From: Gnetum montanum
Taxonomy: Eukaryota; Plantae; Gnetophyta
NCBI GenBank assembly: GCA_015680685.1
Contig: MNCI01000651.1
Coordinates: forward strand, 496,001-560,000
Length of the DNA: 64,000 bases
Direction: 5' to 3'
Part shown: piece by piece, positions 1-13,476 of the stretch
Layout of the letters: each line of letters opens with the position of its first letter
How positions within the stretch are numbered: position 1 is the first letter of the stretch
Program-made: the position numbers and the translations under genes
Notes under the pieces: model-generated
Told to the model about the DNA's origin: nothing
Databases searched by the model: none
What the model saw: the letters and a program-made list of their open reading frames with translations, nothing else

Positions 1-593
1 TTAAGCATTCCTTTTCATCATCATATTACCCTCAATCCAATGGATAAGCTAATTCTAGCAACAAATTCATCATAAATTTTCTTAAAAGGATGCTAAAAAA
101 TAGTAGACACAAGTGGCATGAGTGACTAATCCATGCACTTTGTGCCTATAGAAGGATCTTTTGAACTACAACTAGTGTCATCTTGTATATATTTGTTTAT
201 AGATCTAAAGTTATTTTGCCTCTTGAATTTCAAGTTCCATCACCAAGAATATATCTATCTAATTTCATCAATGACAAGCAAAACAAGGAGTTGTGTACTA
301 TAGATCTCAATTTGATAAAAGAGTAGTGAATAAAAATGCTCACTCACATCGAACAATGCCAAAAGAGGTAGAAATAATATCATCGTCATGATCTGAACAA
401 ATGAAAGTTCAAGGAAGGATACCTAGTCCTTAAAGCTATTTTTGAACATGTAAAAAAATTCTCAACCAACTAGAAGGAACATTTCTTGATCACAAAAGCC
501 TATGGCAATAGAGCATTCCAATTGGTAGACATGGATGGGAATGAATTTTCCAATCTAGTCAACCATTCCCATCTTAAATCCTATTATATCTAA
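1..593 (+). pseudogene. pol: Integrase C-terminal part (Tat/Ogre), multiple stops
   Basis: KHSFSSSYYPQSNG..., KWHE*LIHAL..., KFKEGYLVLKAI...N*KEHFLITKAYGNRAF...VNHSHLKSYYI*; near-colinear with the 25519-26346 ORFs. Confidence 0.85.
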
Positions 594-2137
594 TGTGTTT
601 TATTTATAGTTATAGATAGATTATCAACATCAATGGCCTCTACAACTAATAACAAGTGATCTTGCATGATTTACATCTCTCTTTCTACCTCTCTCTCCCT
701 CTATTTGACATGATAAATGAACAGAAAACCTTGTAAAGTTTATGACACATGATACAGATTACTTAATGTTGTATCGATAGTAGCCTATGGTAGCTTATAA
801 TTTACTATTTATCCCATGTGGTCCCATGTAATATATTGTAACAACATGTACTCTTTTCCTTTTTTTTGTTCTCTTGGAGTTATGCTTGCAGGATAAAGCT
901 TGGAAGTCATTGTGAAGGTGCAACTTATCACGGCAACAAGTTACCATGTGATTTTAATGTGTGAGATTTTCTTAGCTTATCTACTATGCCAAGAGTGGTT
1001 ATCTCATATCATTTTCATTACCCCTTTTGAGCCACAATGCCATAGCTTGATTACAACCTCCCTTATCCTAAACAACAATGATGACCTATGTTTGAAATTC
1101 ATGCACTATGGCCACATGACATCTCCTTCATCATGCTCCACCATCAAGTTTGTTAGATGTAATACATCTCATTCAACAAAAAAAAAAACTAAGTTTAGCC
1201 TTAGTAATGAACCCCAATGAAGGTTTAACCCCATAAAAAAATAAAAAAATAAAAAAATTGGAAATCAAATTGCCAAGAAAGCCTAGAGGCCAATGAAGCC
1301 CAAGAGTAAGATTAATGACTTCAAAAAAGCAAAGGGAGAAGCCTAATAACCAAAGAAGCCTTGGAATGGAGTGTTGGTCTCTCAGAAACATTACCAAGTC
1401 AACAGTACTTCGAAGCATAAAGCATGAAGACTGCACTAATCAGCAAGCATGTCACTACCATACCATAACCATGATGTCAACATGTGGAATTCATTGTTAA
1501 TCCCTATGACCATTCCCTTCTAGCCAAATATAAAATTTATCCTCTATCAAATCAATATTATCCCATCATAACCTTATCTTACTGATTTGACACCAAATGA
1601 CCTAGAAAAGCCATAGATGACCACACTCAAAGGACATTTGGAAAATTTGCATTTAGGCTAAACCAAAGACATTCAAAGGAGTATAGATTCACTAGAAGTA
1701 TAGCAACAACTTCACCACCCACAATGTAGATCTAGTGCTAGGGAGACTAGAAAAGAGCTTTGGGAGCACAACTTGGAACTTCCAGAAAGCAACGATAATT
1801 GTAGGACACACTTTATTGGCTTCATCAAGATTCAAGGATCCTCCCTCTAGCTTTTTGTGCATTTAAAGCACACCAACTTGTACCCACTTGAACTTTGTTT
1901 CTTTACACACTTTTTATTGTTTCAATAAATATTTGCAATTAATCTATTTAGTGCAAGTTTATTTCTCTATTTCTCCATATTTAGATCTACATTTGCAGTT
2001 AAATTTACTCACATTATCTATGAATCTTAAGTCTCTTGGTGATCAACAAGACCATTTAAGGTGCTTTAGATCCTTTCTTGCTACCCATGGGATCTGAGGT
2101 TAAATTATTTTGCTTTGAAATCTATAGTTTTTCAACA
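1..2137 (+). mobile_element. 3' remnant of a Tat/Ogre-type Ty3/gypsy LTR retrotransposon (integrase end, 3'UTR, truncated 3' LTR), related to element E
   Basis: 1-593 aligns with integrase at 25757-26346. ~780-1580 aligns with the reverse complement of E's 3'UTR (~47200-47960). ~1610-2137 aligns with the distal half of E's LTR and ends ...TTCAACA. Confidence 0.8.
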
Positions 2138-4325
2138 TAAAATTTTTTAGACATTGCATCCTTCTTAGATGTCACTTATAAACACTTAAATAAAACTTTA
2201 ATCAATGATTTAAAGCCATGCTTTAAGACTAAAATATCACACCAAAAAAATTACCATAGATAAATTTATAAAATTACTTAATGGCCGTGATTAATTTCCA
2301 TACATTCCATATATAAAATTTAAAATCCAAAAGTAAAATATTAGATAACCTTTAGTCAACAATTATGAATCTAATAAACAATAATCATACTTTAGCAAGC
2401 TACCAAGAATAAACTAATTAGAAAGATCAATGTAATATTATGCCAAGATTTGGTATCAAAACCTTGATGTACAAGATGTACAAGTTACAAGAAATACATA
2501 AGTATATCATAAGATCATATTAAAAATCCCTAACAAGGCTCTAAACACATAAAAATGATTGGATTTTTGTTTGCACTAGGTTTACATGGTATTCCAATGA
2601 GGGTTTTTAACATCATATGTTTGGAATAATCATAAGGCTAATACTAACGTAATTAGCCATCAACAACTAGTGTATTACCTGATCTATTTAAAAATCCTCA
2701 TGCAAAATAAGAACAACTATTTGATATAACTCTCATGTATGTCTAGAGTAACTATTGGATTACATTGTGACTAGCATCAATTCTATAGTTTTCCTAGGTC
2801 CTTTCTTCTCACTATCATGCTAGATAAGTTCTACTACTAACTACAATTGCACTAGATGACTCACTAGTCAGTTACTGACTACAATGATACTAAATGACTA
2901 ATAAACTATTCTTATACTAGTTTTCTCATTGCAAATCATGTTGTTAAGTATCCTACTAATACTAACTATAATTTCCTAAGATTGAAAGCCAACTCAGTCT
3001 AGATTACTAAAGAGAAAATATCCAATTCTACTTGTCATTTTCATAGCCTTCAACATGTCATGTACATTCATACACACCCAAAATGTCTAATAGCCACTAT
3101 CAAAGGAATGTGACATTTTCATCAAATTTTTTTTCCAATGATCATTGTGAGAAAAAGTGAAGAAGTCTCATTACAATGCCTATAAAATGCATAACCCAAG
3201 TCACAATGCATGGGGATGTTGTTGCCACCACCACTAGGAGGATAAGATGCTACAAGAGTAAGATGATCATAATGGACAAAGCGAAAATTATGAAAATAGT
3301 AAATTATAATTTATCATTAGCAATCAAGGTTAGATAAAAAGAATTTAGATTGAAATTTAGAATATCATAAAGAGAAAACAAATATAAAAAATATGCTTCT
3401 AGTAAAAGTTAATGAAATTAAGAATATGTCCTCTACCTTGAAAGCTTAGCTAAGATCCAAGCTTCATAAAGCAAAAACAAGTTCAGATCTAGAAATCACC
3501 AAGAGATCCACCAAGCATATCATGAGTACAAGCACAAGAGAGATATGCACAATTGATTCCAAGAGAGCTAATGATGGCACAAATGGAAGTTCTTGAAAAA
3601 TTCCAATAATAAAGAATTAATAATTTATTTTCTAAAAATTGGGTAACATGAATTCATGAAAAGGATCCAATTGTCAAACAATGGGTTAAAGCAACAAAAA
3701 AATACTAGAATAATCCTATATGTTCAAGAATGGGTTCCTAGATAAAATAAGAGAAAAATTAGAATAAACCCCAAATATCTTTTAACATGTGTTATAATCA
3801 TATTCTTACATTATTCCAAAATGAAATAATCTAAAAATATAAATTAGATAAAATATAATAAGCATTAATAAAATATTAGAAAATGACCATCACCATCCTT
3901 CTAACCTATCCTTCACAAGAGACACCAAGCATTAGTAAATGCCAAGAAATAATAATAATAAAATACATACAAGTATTATTATCAAATATGTAATAAGAGT
4001 AAGGTTCAAGGTTTAACGCTTAATAGGCATAATATTGAGACATAATAAAACATGTAATCTTATCAAGTACTTCAAGGATTATACACAAGCTTATAAGCAA
4101 ATATACCATCTTTTATAAAAATGCAAATGCATGTAAACAACACGTTATGGGTTCAAACCTCAAAATGCATAATGATAATCATAAACATAAGATAGAAATT
4201 AGAATACACCAACATAAATTACTAGTAAAATATAATATATTAAATATACACTTAGGCTTAAGAACCAATCATAAGAAATATATAATGAGCCTAAGATCCT
4301 AGGTCTGTAATAGTAGGGTGTTACA
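2138..4325. mobile_element. Probable fragment of a Tekay/Del-type LTR, interrupted on the left by the Tat remnant
   Basis: Non-coding AT-rich tract ending GGGTGTTACA (4316-4325), the terminal motif typical of Tekay/Del LTRs; other end not in window. Confidence 0.35.
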
Positions 4326-4433
4326 AGGACACATTATCTAGTTAGTATTATCATGATAAAGTTGATTTATAGGTAACTATCAACCTAGTGATTTGCAACT
4401 CATATAAAAAAATCATAAGAGATAGTAAGTATT

Positions 4434-5381
4434 TAACATAGGTAGTGAAAGTTCACTTCCATTTTCTTTAACCTTTTAAAATCTACTATATCTAGATATT
4501 ATGAAAATAATTTAATTTGCTAGAAAGTAATAAAAACATCTATCTTCAATTAATGTAAAGAAAAGTACAAATCAATGGTTCCACAACCCATAATAACATA
4601 ATCCACTCATAAACACTCAATGATATTGCAAAGGATGAGGCTCTACAACTGCACAATGATTGTTCCTAATGCAAGATACAACCAAATGAGATCTTTCTTG
4701 CAAACATAGGATGGAGATCCAAACACATAGTATACACAAGAGACACTAAGGCCAAACTCACATAATTGATCCAATAGCTACATACACACTCATGCACTCT
4801 TATACATGTGCTTTCATGCCACTTTCAATCTCTCCTCTTGTACCAAAAACATAAATCAACAACAATATTTATTTAAAACCAAAGATAAGAATCCTAGAAA
4901 AATTTTCTTGAGCTTAACTTGTAGATTCCTAGTTGTTTCTATCTTTTCTAGTCCTTTCTTGATTGTTTCCCAACTTGGAGCTACCAACTCATATCTTTCC
5001 TAGTAATATGAATAGCCTATGGGCTTGGGAATATCCCTTACTATCAACTTCAATATTCAAGTGAGAGATATTTGGCCATGATGAGACATCTTCTATAGAC
5101 ATGAAACATCTCCTTCAGGCTTAAGAAATCCCTTGAGATGTCTCCTAGTAGGATGAGACATATCTTCATTGGCTAAGATGTCTCCTTCACATGTAAAACA
5201 TCTCCTAATACAAGCTAACTCTTGATAGAGACATCTTTCAAACATGTGAGATGTCTCCTATTTTCTCTTAGTTCTTAGCCAAGACATCTCCTTGACCTTT
5301 AAGACATCTCTATACATCTGAAACCTACAAAAATCACTTGCAAAAATAAGAAAGGGAATCAAAAGAAATGTTCATAAACTA
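4434..5381 (-). repeat. Element B 3' LTR (ends approximate)
   Basis: Colinear with 31439-32391 (e.g. TATCTTCAATTAATGT, AAACATAGGATGGAGATC, AAACCTACAAAAATCACT); followed on + by a pyrimidine tract (PPT on -). Confidence 0.8.
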
Positions 5382-5439
5382 GCCCTTCCATCATTCAATT
5401 AGTAAACTCATGTAAATAACAAAGTATGGATACAAGTGA

Positions 5440-6787
5440 TTCCTCACTCAATAAGTCTAGTCTCATGGACTCATACAACATTATTAGCATACTGATCCTT
5501 CCAATAAATCAAGTACATATGCCTCCACTCCCTAAATACTTCAAGATTTCCTTCTCTTGAGTATGACTACCTTCTTATTCATTAAAGGCTTGGACTTATC
5601 AGTAGCTCCCTTCAACTCATTGATGCTACCATGTATGATTTCCTCATCAACTAGGTTATCATACTACATAACATCTATGATATTAAATGTAGAAGACATA
5701 CCCACATTAATTGCTAAGTTAGTCTCAAAAGCATTATCATTAATTTTGACCTTTATTTTAAAAGGACCCGTCTTCTTTGCTTTCAATGTAAAGAAGTTAA
5801 CACCTCTTAAAATTTTGCTCTTTAAGTGCATCCAAACTAAATCACCAATAGTAAAGTTAGGCTACTACTTATCCTCATTTCTCTTGAGAACTCTTTCCTC
5901 AGCCTTCTTCTTTCGATTTGCCTTTACTTTTTCATGAATATCCTTCATCTCTTACATAGAATTAGCACTTAGTTGACCTTCTCCCTTAAATCTCTTCATA
6001 TTATCCATCATCTTTGGACAAAAACCATATTTTAGCTCAAATGAGCTCTTACTAATGGAAACATGAAAAGTAATATTATAAGAAAATTTAACATAACATA
6101 AGAAAATTTCCCATGGATTGGACTATTCATCACATAAACACCATAAAAATATTCAACAATCATTTATTCACCACTTTAATTTTGTCATTAGAATGCAAAA
6201 GATATACACTAGAAAAATTCAATTTTTTTCTCTAAATTTTCCAAAGGAATCTCTAAAAATAGCTAGTAAACTTGGAGTCTCTATCACTGAGAATATTTAA
6301 AGTAATTTCATGAAATTCCACAACATTTTGGAAAATAAATTTACAACATGATAATCATCATTCAAATTTTTGTACAAAATAAAGTATGCCATCTTCAAGA
6401 ACCCATCCACCACAACAAAAATATCATCATTTCCACTCTTTGATTTTTGAAACACCACTCACAAAATATATTCATAAAATTTCTCATGAACCCTTGGCAA
6501 TTGACAAAGGTATATAATATTCCTCCACTCCTTTACCTTCTTTGAATTTCTAACATGTCAAACACTCAAATTTTAAAACTTCAGTTGCCATTCTAGACTA
6601 AAAATAGTGTCTACCCATAAGATTTAATATTTTATCCCTATCCATATAACCTACCATGCCATCACAATGCTTTTCAAATTAAATTTTCTTCTTAAATTCA
6701 CAATTGGAAACATGTACCTTCCTATTCTTGAACAATAGTTCATCTTAAATATGATAGTCCCTCCATTGTTCTATCCTACTTAATAAT
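5440..6787 (-). pseudogene. pol: Element B integrase with possible C-terminal chromodomain, degenerate
   Basis: Minus-strand translation LLFKNRKVHVSNCEFKKKI*FEKHCDGMVGY...GRHYF (HHCC start), DIFVVVDGFLKMAYF, KISGPFKI..K..DNAF; C-terminal YLIYWKDQ...*VHE resembles a chromodomain. Confidence 0.75.
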
Positions 6788-8282
6788 TGAAACACCACAA
6801 AAATTTGCATGTTATAGTCAATCTTCATCATGTAACTTTGACCCCATAAAACCTAAGGTAAAACATCATTGTAAATGTAAAAATTGTAGCCTGCAGTAGG
6901 AAATTTCACATACTTTATACTTTTTGGGTTGAAAAATGTTTCAAAAGTGGTCAAAGCCTCATTCCCAAGTGTTTTTAACCTAGTTTTTTATACCTAGTAT
7001 CTATATTTGGGCTTGGGGCATCAAAATGCCTTTTGAGTTCCAAAAAAGGTAATTTGATGGGTTTTATGTGGGGTATATATTTTTCTACGTTGGAAACACA
7101 TGCATGGGGTAGATCTCACCTACCCCTAGCATGGAAGGATGGGGCTTTTGGAAACTTTCCTCCTTCAACATGGAGACCACATACATAACTTCAAAACTTT
7201 TCCCCCTCAACATGGAATTTTTCCCCTAATGTGAAGGTTTCATCCCTAGCATGAAAAATTCAATCCTTTAGCATGGAAGCCACAAAAGCCAAAATTCATC
7301 AATGTTGACTAGGCACTTCAACAAGGATGGTGGAGAGCTTAGCGTGGAAGATTCATCTCCAACATGGAAGGTGTGCCCTAGTTACTATTTATAGTAAACA
7401 AAATGACCATGGGGAAGCACTTACTATGTATAGTAACCTCCAAATTTGGGTATCCATATCACTTGAATTTGGCAGCCAATTTGCAACCATTTTACAACCA
7501 ATTTGAAATAAATTTTTCAGCCAGATCATAGCCATTTTGCAGCCCTATTAATGGCCCAAAGAACCTATAAAAACCAACCTCAAACACCATTTACAGGTTG
7601 AGCAGTTTTTCTCATAGTTTAGCATTTTTGACAAGATTCAATGCTTTACACTATTAAGCAAATTCTCAGCAAAGTTCAACCATTCTTTACAATTTCACAC
7701 TTGGGCCATTTTGAAGCACTCAAGGGTTATTTCAATCTCCCATATTTGCATCCTCTTGAACCCCATAGTAGAAGCATAATCATCATAAAATTTGTGAATT
7801 TTTAATGTCAGAATTGCACTTCTAGGATTTCCAAACCCTAGCTTGGAGCAATCTAGCATCCAAAGTTTCCTCTTTTCTCATCCTTCCAACTATGATCCAA
7901 CTTGCAAATCTGAGGTTGCAGTAGCACCTAGATCATGGAGCAGATCACATGGGCTTCAATGGGCTTTGAACTCTTGCATACGTGAATCCCCCTTTTTTCT
8001 CATCTAGGCACCATTTGTACACATTTCTCTAACTTGTACTTTATTATTTCTCAATAAATTTTTAAGTTTTTTGTTCAAAAATAAATTTATTTTTTGTGCA
8101 TTATTTGGATCTACTTGTATCCCCATGTTTTGTATTTCATAAGTCCCTAGTTGATCTACCAGACCAGCCAAGGTAGCTTGAATCCTTTTTTTCTCATGGA
8201 GGCCCTAGGGATTTGGGGTTGGGGAACTACTATACTAAGGATCCTTGGTTTTTTCTAGTGACCAAGGTTTTCAATCATAATA
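6788..8282 (+). repeat. Element A 5' LTR
   Basis: Starts TGAAACACCACAAAAATTTGCAT; colinear with 26597-28138; terminal CA decayed to TA. Confidence 0.93.
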
Positions 8283-8290
8283 GTTTTTCT

Positions 8291-8307
8291 TGGCACTAGA
8301 GGGAGGG
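8291..8307 (+). promoter_or_regulatory. Primer-binding site complementary to plant tRNA-Asn 3' end
   Basis: TGGCACTAGAGGGAGGG vs expected TGGCGCTAGAAGGAGGG (2 transitions), 8 nt downstream of the LTR. Confidence 0.8.
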
Positions 8308-9767
8308 CCTTCACCTAAATTCTATTATCAATAATATTCTTTTCATTGCCATTTGCAAGCTTTTCCTTGATTTTTGCAACCAAAACCTTTATAGAATCAA
8401 CACTAGTCTTTCCCCACTATGATCAAGACTATAGCATGGAAGTTGCAAGTGGTTGGGTTTTGGCTTTTCATAGCATTTGCTATGAATTTTACAGCCCAAA
8501 TTTGGCATTGATATCTTTTCTCACCTCTTTTTTTTCCATTTTACTGATAATAATTTTTTTCTCTAGTTTCCAAAAGTGGGTGGTTCATCTCTTCCATGAG
8601 TTGGCTTTCCCTCCACTTTTCCAAGCTAAGTGAATTGGTAAGTTAAAACCAATTTTAGTGGGAAAACACCAACCTTTTACTTTTCTTTCAGCCTTCCCCT
8701 CATCAACATTGAGGTAAGAGGTGTGAGATTCCCATCAGCTCACCCTCCTTCCTTCTTTTCCTCCTTTTCCATACCTAGCATGGAAATACTTAGGAGGCTA
8801 GTGTTCATGAGGTTTGTTACCAATTTAATAAGCAAACCTATTTTTATTGCAAGTTAAAAGTCATTTTCTAGTTTTTTGAAGCCAAAACTCCCAAGGAATC
8901 CAACACTACCTTTACCCCCTATAGCAGAAACCTCAGCATGGAAGCTGCAGGTGGTTTGGATGCTAAAATTTCACAAGATCTGCTGTGAATTTCTAGAGCA
9001 AATCCAAAGTGGAAGCCTTAATAACCATTTAATTTTTTATACCACATTTTTCTCCACTAAAATAACATTTGTTCCATACCATCCAACCCTCCTTTGTAAT
9101 AAAAGTTGGCAGCCTACCAAACCATGTTGAAAATTGTCAAATTTTCATTTTGGTCTCCAAACTTTCCCTCTCTCTCTCCAACATTGAAATAAGAAGGTGT
9201 GAGAGTTCCACTATCTCATCCCCCTTCTTTCCTCCCTACCATACCTAGCATAGAGGTAGTTGTGAGGCCAACTTGCGTGATGCTTGAAACCAACATTTCC
9301 AACATTCCATTTTTGGTAAAGGGGTAAACCTCCTTTATCCCCCATTTACTAATTATAGTAAGTACATCATTTTTTACCATTTTCATTTCCTTTAAGATTT
9401 TTTGAATTCTATTCACTGAAATTTACTTCTATTTTACCATTTATAGCCTATTTTAAGCCATTCTTAGCACTATAGCCATGTCTTTCCAAAAATCCACCAA
9501 ATTGCCCTTCACCCTCAGTGTCGAAGATCATAGCCAAAAAGCCATGAGGGTGTATGATTTCAAAGACCATCATTGTGTGTAGGTGAACTATGAGGGTTAA
9601 AGGGGAGAGTCCTAATTTTGTAACCATAAATGAAGATTGTTATAACTTTAGTTGTGCTAAAATACAAGCAAGCATGCTAATTCCATGAATTGAAGTTGAG
9701 GCCAAAATCAAGTTTGAGCTCATACACAGGGGTGAAAAATAGGACATCCCTTCCTCGTATGATTGCC

Positions 9768-12490
9768 ATGGAAGAGAAAGATGACAAGCCTAGCTTTGAG
9801 AAACAATAGGAGGAGGATGAATTTAAGGCAGAATCTAAGCTTGAGAACATCCTAGGAGGATTGTTCCAACAAACATCCCCCAAGGTCACAACACCTTCTT
9901 CTAATGCTTTTATTTTCTCCTTGGGCATGGTGCCACCATCTTTTACTCCTTCCTACCCTACTATGGTAGATCCCATGCTAGTTATAGCCACACATCACAC
10001 TCAGCCAATGCCACAAACAACCAACTATAGCACACCAATGCCATTTACAACACAATCTCAATACATAAAATCATCAATGGTGGTTTTTACCACCACAAAT
10101 TTGTTAACTATTCACACGAAGTCCACCATAGGGCCCTAAGCAATAAAGGGGTCATATACTCCATTTGTCTTGTTTGTGCCTCAAGTACTAACACAAACAT
10201 ATTTTTCTTTGTTTGGTCCACAAGCCACATCCATAATGCAACCTCTTGTATCATGCAAATCATAATGAGGCCATAAGCCTCACAACAAATGCCATAAGCT
10301 TATGTACAAACCTTGCAGCATATGGAACCACCACAAGGCTTGTATCAAGCCTTCCAAATGATACAAGACTTAATGAAGGAGTTGAAAAGGCTTAACACGT
10401 CTACCACACAAACTGTTGATATTATGAACTTCTACTAGGATGATCCCATAAGTCCTATAGTCCCACCCTTAACACTTCCTCCCAGTGTCCCCATTCCCCA
10501 ATATAGCAAATATAATGAAGAAGGTAACCCTAATGCTCACCTTATTATTACCTTTTGATTTGAATGTTTTCTCTTACAACCATGGCCTCATACCATCATG
10601 AGGATTTTTCGTATGTCTTTGACTGGAAAAGCACTTGATTAGTATCGTGCATTACCTAAAGGATTCATATCCTCTTTGGAGGACCTAGTAGCCAAGTTTG
10701 TCAACTACTTCAAGTATAACATCAAACTTGACACAACACTTGACCAACTCATGAAGATCAAATAGGGGCCATTAGAACCAATATAGAACTTCATTCAATG
10801 ATGGAATGGAGTGCTAAATGAGACACTAGAGCCCATAGATGAAGCCCACTTGTTAGCCATATTCAAGGGAGTAGTTAATGAATTTATTAAGTTCAAAGTC
10901 TACTATCTTGATCCACAGTCTCTGAGCCAAGCATTCTCACAAACTAAAAACATAGAGGATTCTATGGAGGCCAGTCATGATCCAGCCTATATAGCATATA
11001 AAAACCAACACACTCAAAGAGACAAAGAAAAGAACAAATAAAACAACACTATCATAGCAACTATAACTAAGGAAACAAATACCATGAACCAAGGATTGAA
11101 GGTCAACCTACCCAAGGCTTCCACCAATGACCGTAATATCCAACCATAAACTTTTGGGACCACTACATCAATATCAAATAGATCTAACTTTAAAGGAAGG
11201 ACAGGTCTAAATATACTATGTTTCCATTAAAACCATCCAAGTTGCTATACCAACTATTAAGAAGTCAGCACATGTAACATAAACAAATGACTTAAGCTAC
11301 TATAAAGAAACATGAGTGACTATGTTAAATAGCCAAAGATCCCACTTTGGTCATGAAGGATGGTCCCCAATTACCTAGATACTTCAAGCTAGACCACTTT
11401 TTCCATTATCATCAACTTCCTAGTCATGATACAAACTTCTGCCTTGTGCTAAAGGATGATCCCCAGTTTCCTAGATACTTCAAGATAGATCATTTTTTCT
11501 ATTATCATCAACTATCTAGTCATGATATAGAATTCTTCCTTACATTGAAGGATGACCTGCAAAGGATGATAGATAGGGGGGAACTGGTCTTAGATGCTTC
11601 TAACCCAATTCGGCCACAAAACCAATCAATGAAAATCTACAAAGACCCATTGAATGCTAATGGTAGCCCCTATGTTATTTTAGCATTAAACATTCATGAC
11701 AATCAAAAACCTATAAGAGAACCATTAGTGATTCAAGTAATCCTCTATAATCAAAGGGCTTCTTCAGCTTCCTATAGCTTAAGATCCCCCTTTGTTATGA
11801 AAGTACCATCATGAATTCCTCCAAGGGAACCTTTTGTCATCAAGGTCTCCCAACCCAAATAGCTTTAGCCTAACCAACTACATAATGACCTCCTATAATA
11901 GCCAAGGCTACTGCCTCTTTCTTACAGTCAATGGATAACCATCAAAAAACTATAGCCAAACAAGGCAAGAAGCATAACCAAAAGCTTAATAATAAGAAAG
12001 ATAAACATACAAAGGCACAAAAGGAAGTGGATCTACCAAAGCCCACCTCCTTTTCAACTATACCCATGACCTCCTCTACCCCAACCTCTTCAACCAACAA
12101 GCCATAGGAGAATACCAAAACCCATAACCAAAATAACAAGGAAGAGCCACACCAGTTGCATCCTAAAGTTGAAGTTTTCATTTTGAGCTACATGGAGGAA
12201 GTAAGGCATAACCAAGGTGACAAGCCCACGACCAATGGAAAAAATTTCCTTAGTCCAATGGACCAAGTCAGGAAATCCCTCAAGAATAAAACCACAATCC
12301 TAAGCTTGTATGACTTAATCCTGACTTCCACCACACATCATGAGGTTCTAGTCAAAATGTTGACTTTCATACAGGTTAGTGAGGATATTCCTGCTAACAA
12401 AGAAGCCATCCATGTAATGATGATTCCTCCCTCACCATCAAAGAAGAAGTCAACACCCTTAACATTTTGTAATAGAAAAATTAAGGTTAA
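9768..12490 (+). pseudogene. gag: Element A gag (capsid-like core plus zinc-knuckle region), degenerate; start approximate
   Basis: IPQYSKYNEEGNPNAHL...IFRMSLTGKALD*YRALPKGFISSLEDLVAKFVNYF (~10490-10720); YHQLxSHDxxxCxxLKDDLQRMIDRG knuckle (11347 ORF). Confidence 0.8.
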
Positions 12491-12506
12491 TCCTTAGAAT
12501 GGTGAA

Positions 12507-12900
12507 GTGAGTACAACCCATTTATTCATAACCATATGCATAGGACAATTTAAAATACATTGGGTGCATGTTGATGATGGAGCTACAACCAAAGTCATCC
12601 CATGTATCATCATTAAATACTTGGGATTAACTAAGCAAGTACAACCTACAACCACTATAGTGCTTAAGTCCTTCAATGGATCAAGAGTTGCCATCAAGAG
12701 GGCTATCTCCTTGGATTTTGTAGTTGGAGAAAAATTCCCTACAACTAAAAATTTCTTGGTCATGGAAGAGACACCAAGATTCAACCTGATCTTAGGAAGA
12801 CATTGGTTGGCTCAATTATGAGCTATGTCATCACCCATTGATCAAGAAATTCACCTTCCTTACAAGGGAGGTGAAATCATCATTCATGGCAATAACACAA
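12507..12900 (+). pseudogene. pol: Element A aspartic protease
   Basis: VHVDDGATTKVIP catalytic motif ... FNLILGRHWL. Confidence 0.85.
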
Positions 12901-13351
12901 CTATCCTAGCTATCAACAATGTAGACATAGAAAAAAAGTTTGAGGTGGAGCTTCAAGAAGAAGCTCCTAGCCATGAAGAGAAAAAACCCAAGAGAACCAA
13001 CAATGACAATGATAGGCAATAGGATACATTATGGGATGAACTCCCTTTTAACATCATATGAGAAGGGGATGGAAAATACAAGCTTGTGCAGAATAGGCCT
13101 TACTCACTCCCTAATCTTGCAAAGATTAGGAAGAACTTGCATAACTAAACTTCACCTTAACCTTCCCATGCCCCTATGACTAAATGCACCAATAGCCAAG
13201 TAGCCTTACTTTTCTTTTGCGGTTTGCATTTATTGTTTTACTCTTTATGCATGTAGCCTAAGTTTGCTTGTATTTTTACCTATTTGCTACAACATTTCTT
13301 TATGTTTTAAACATAAAAAAACATCTTTTTAATACCATGTCTTCTCAAACA

Positions 13352-13476
13352 TTAAACTAGCACCACGCCTACTAAGACGTTAAACTGGCACCCTGTCCAC
13401 TAAAATGTTAAACTAGCACTATGGTTCGCTATGACCTTAAACTAGCATTATGGCTTGTCATGGCCTTAAATTGGCA
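13352..13476 (+). repeat. 28-29-bp tandem repeat (TTAAACTGGCA core), cluster 1
   Basis: Units start at 13352, 13380, 13408, 13437, 13466. Confidence 0.9.

Noticed and set aside
5557-5937. 126-aa plus-strand ORF (similarly 12494-12784, 50273-50648, 57839-58030)
   Set aside because: Shadow ORFs antisense to recognisable coding regions.
8291-8307. tRNA gene
   Set aside because: Only the 3'-complementary primer-binding site is present, with no cloverleaf.
13352-13476. CRISPR-like repeat-spacer appearance of the TTAAACTGGCA arrays
   Set aside because: The 'spacers' are related to one another, units are only 28-29 bp, there are no cas genes, and the context is a eukaryotic retroelement. These are diverged tandem repeats.
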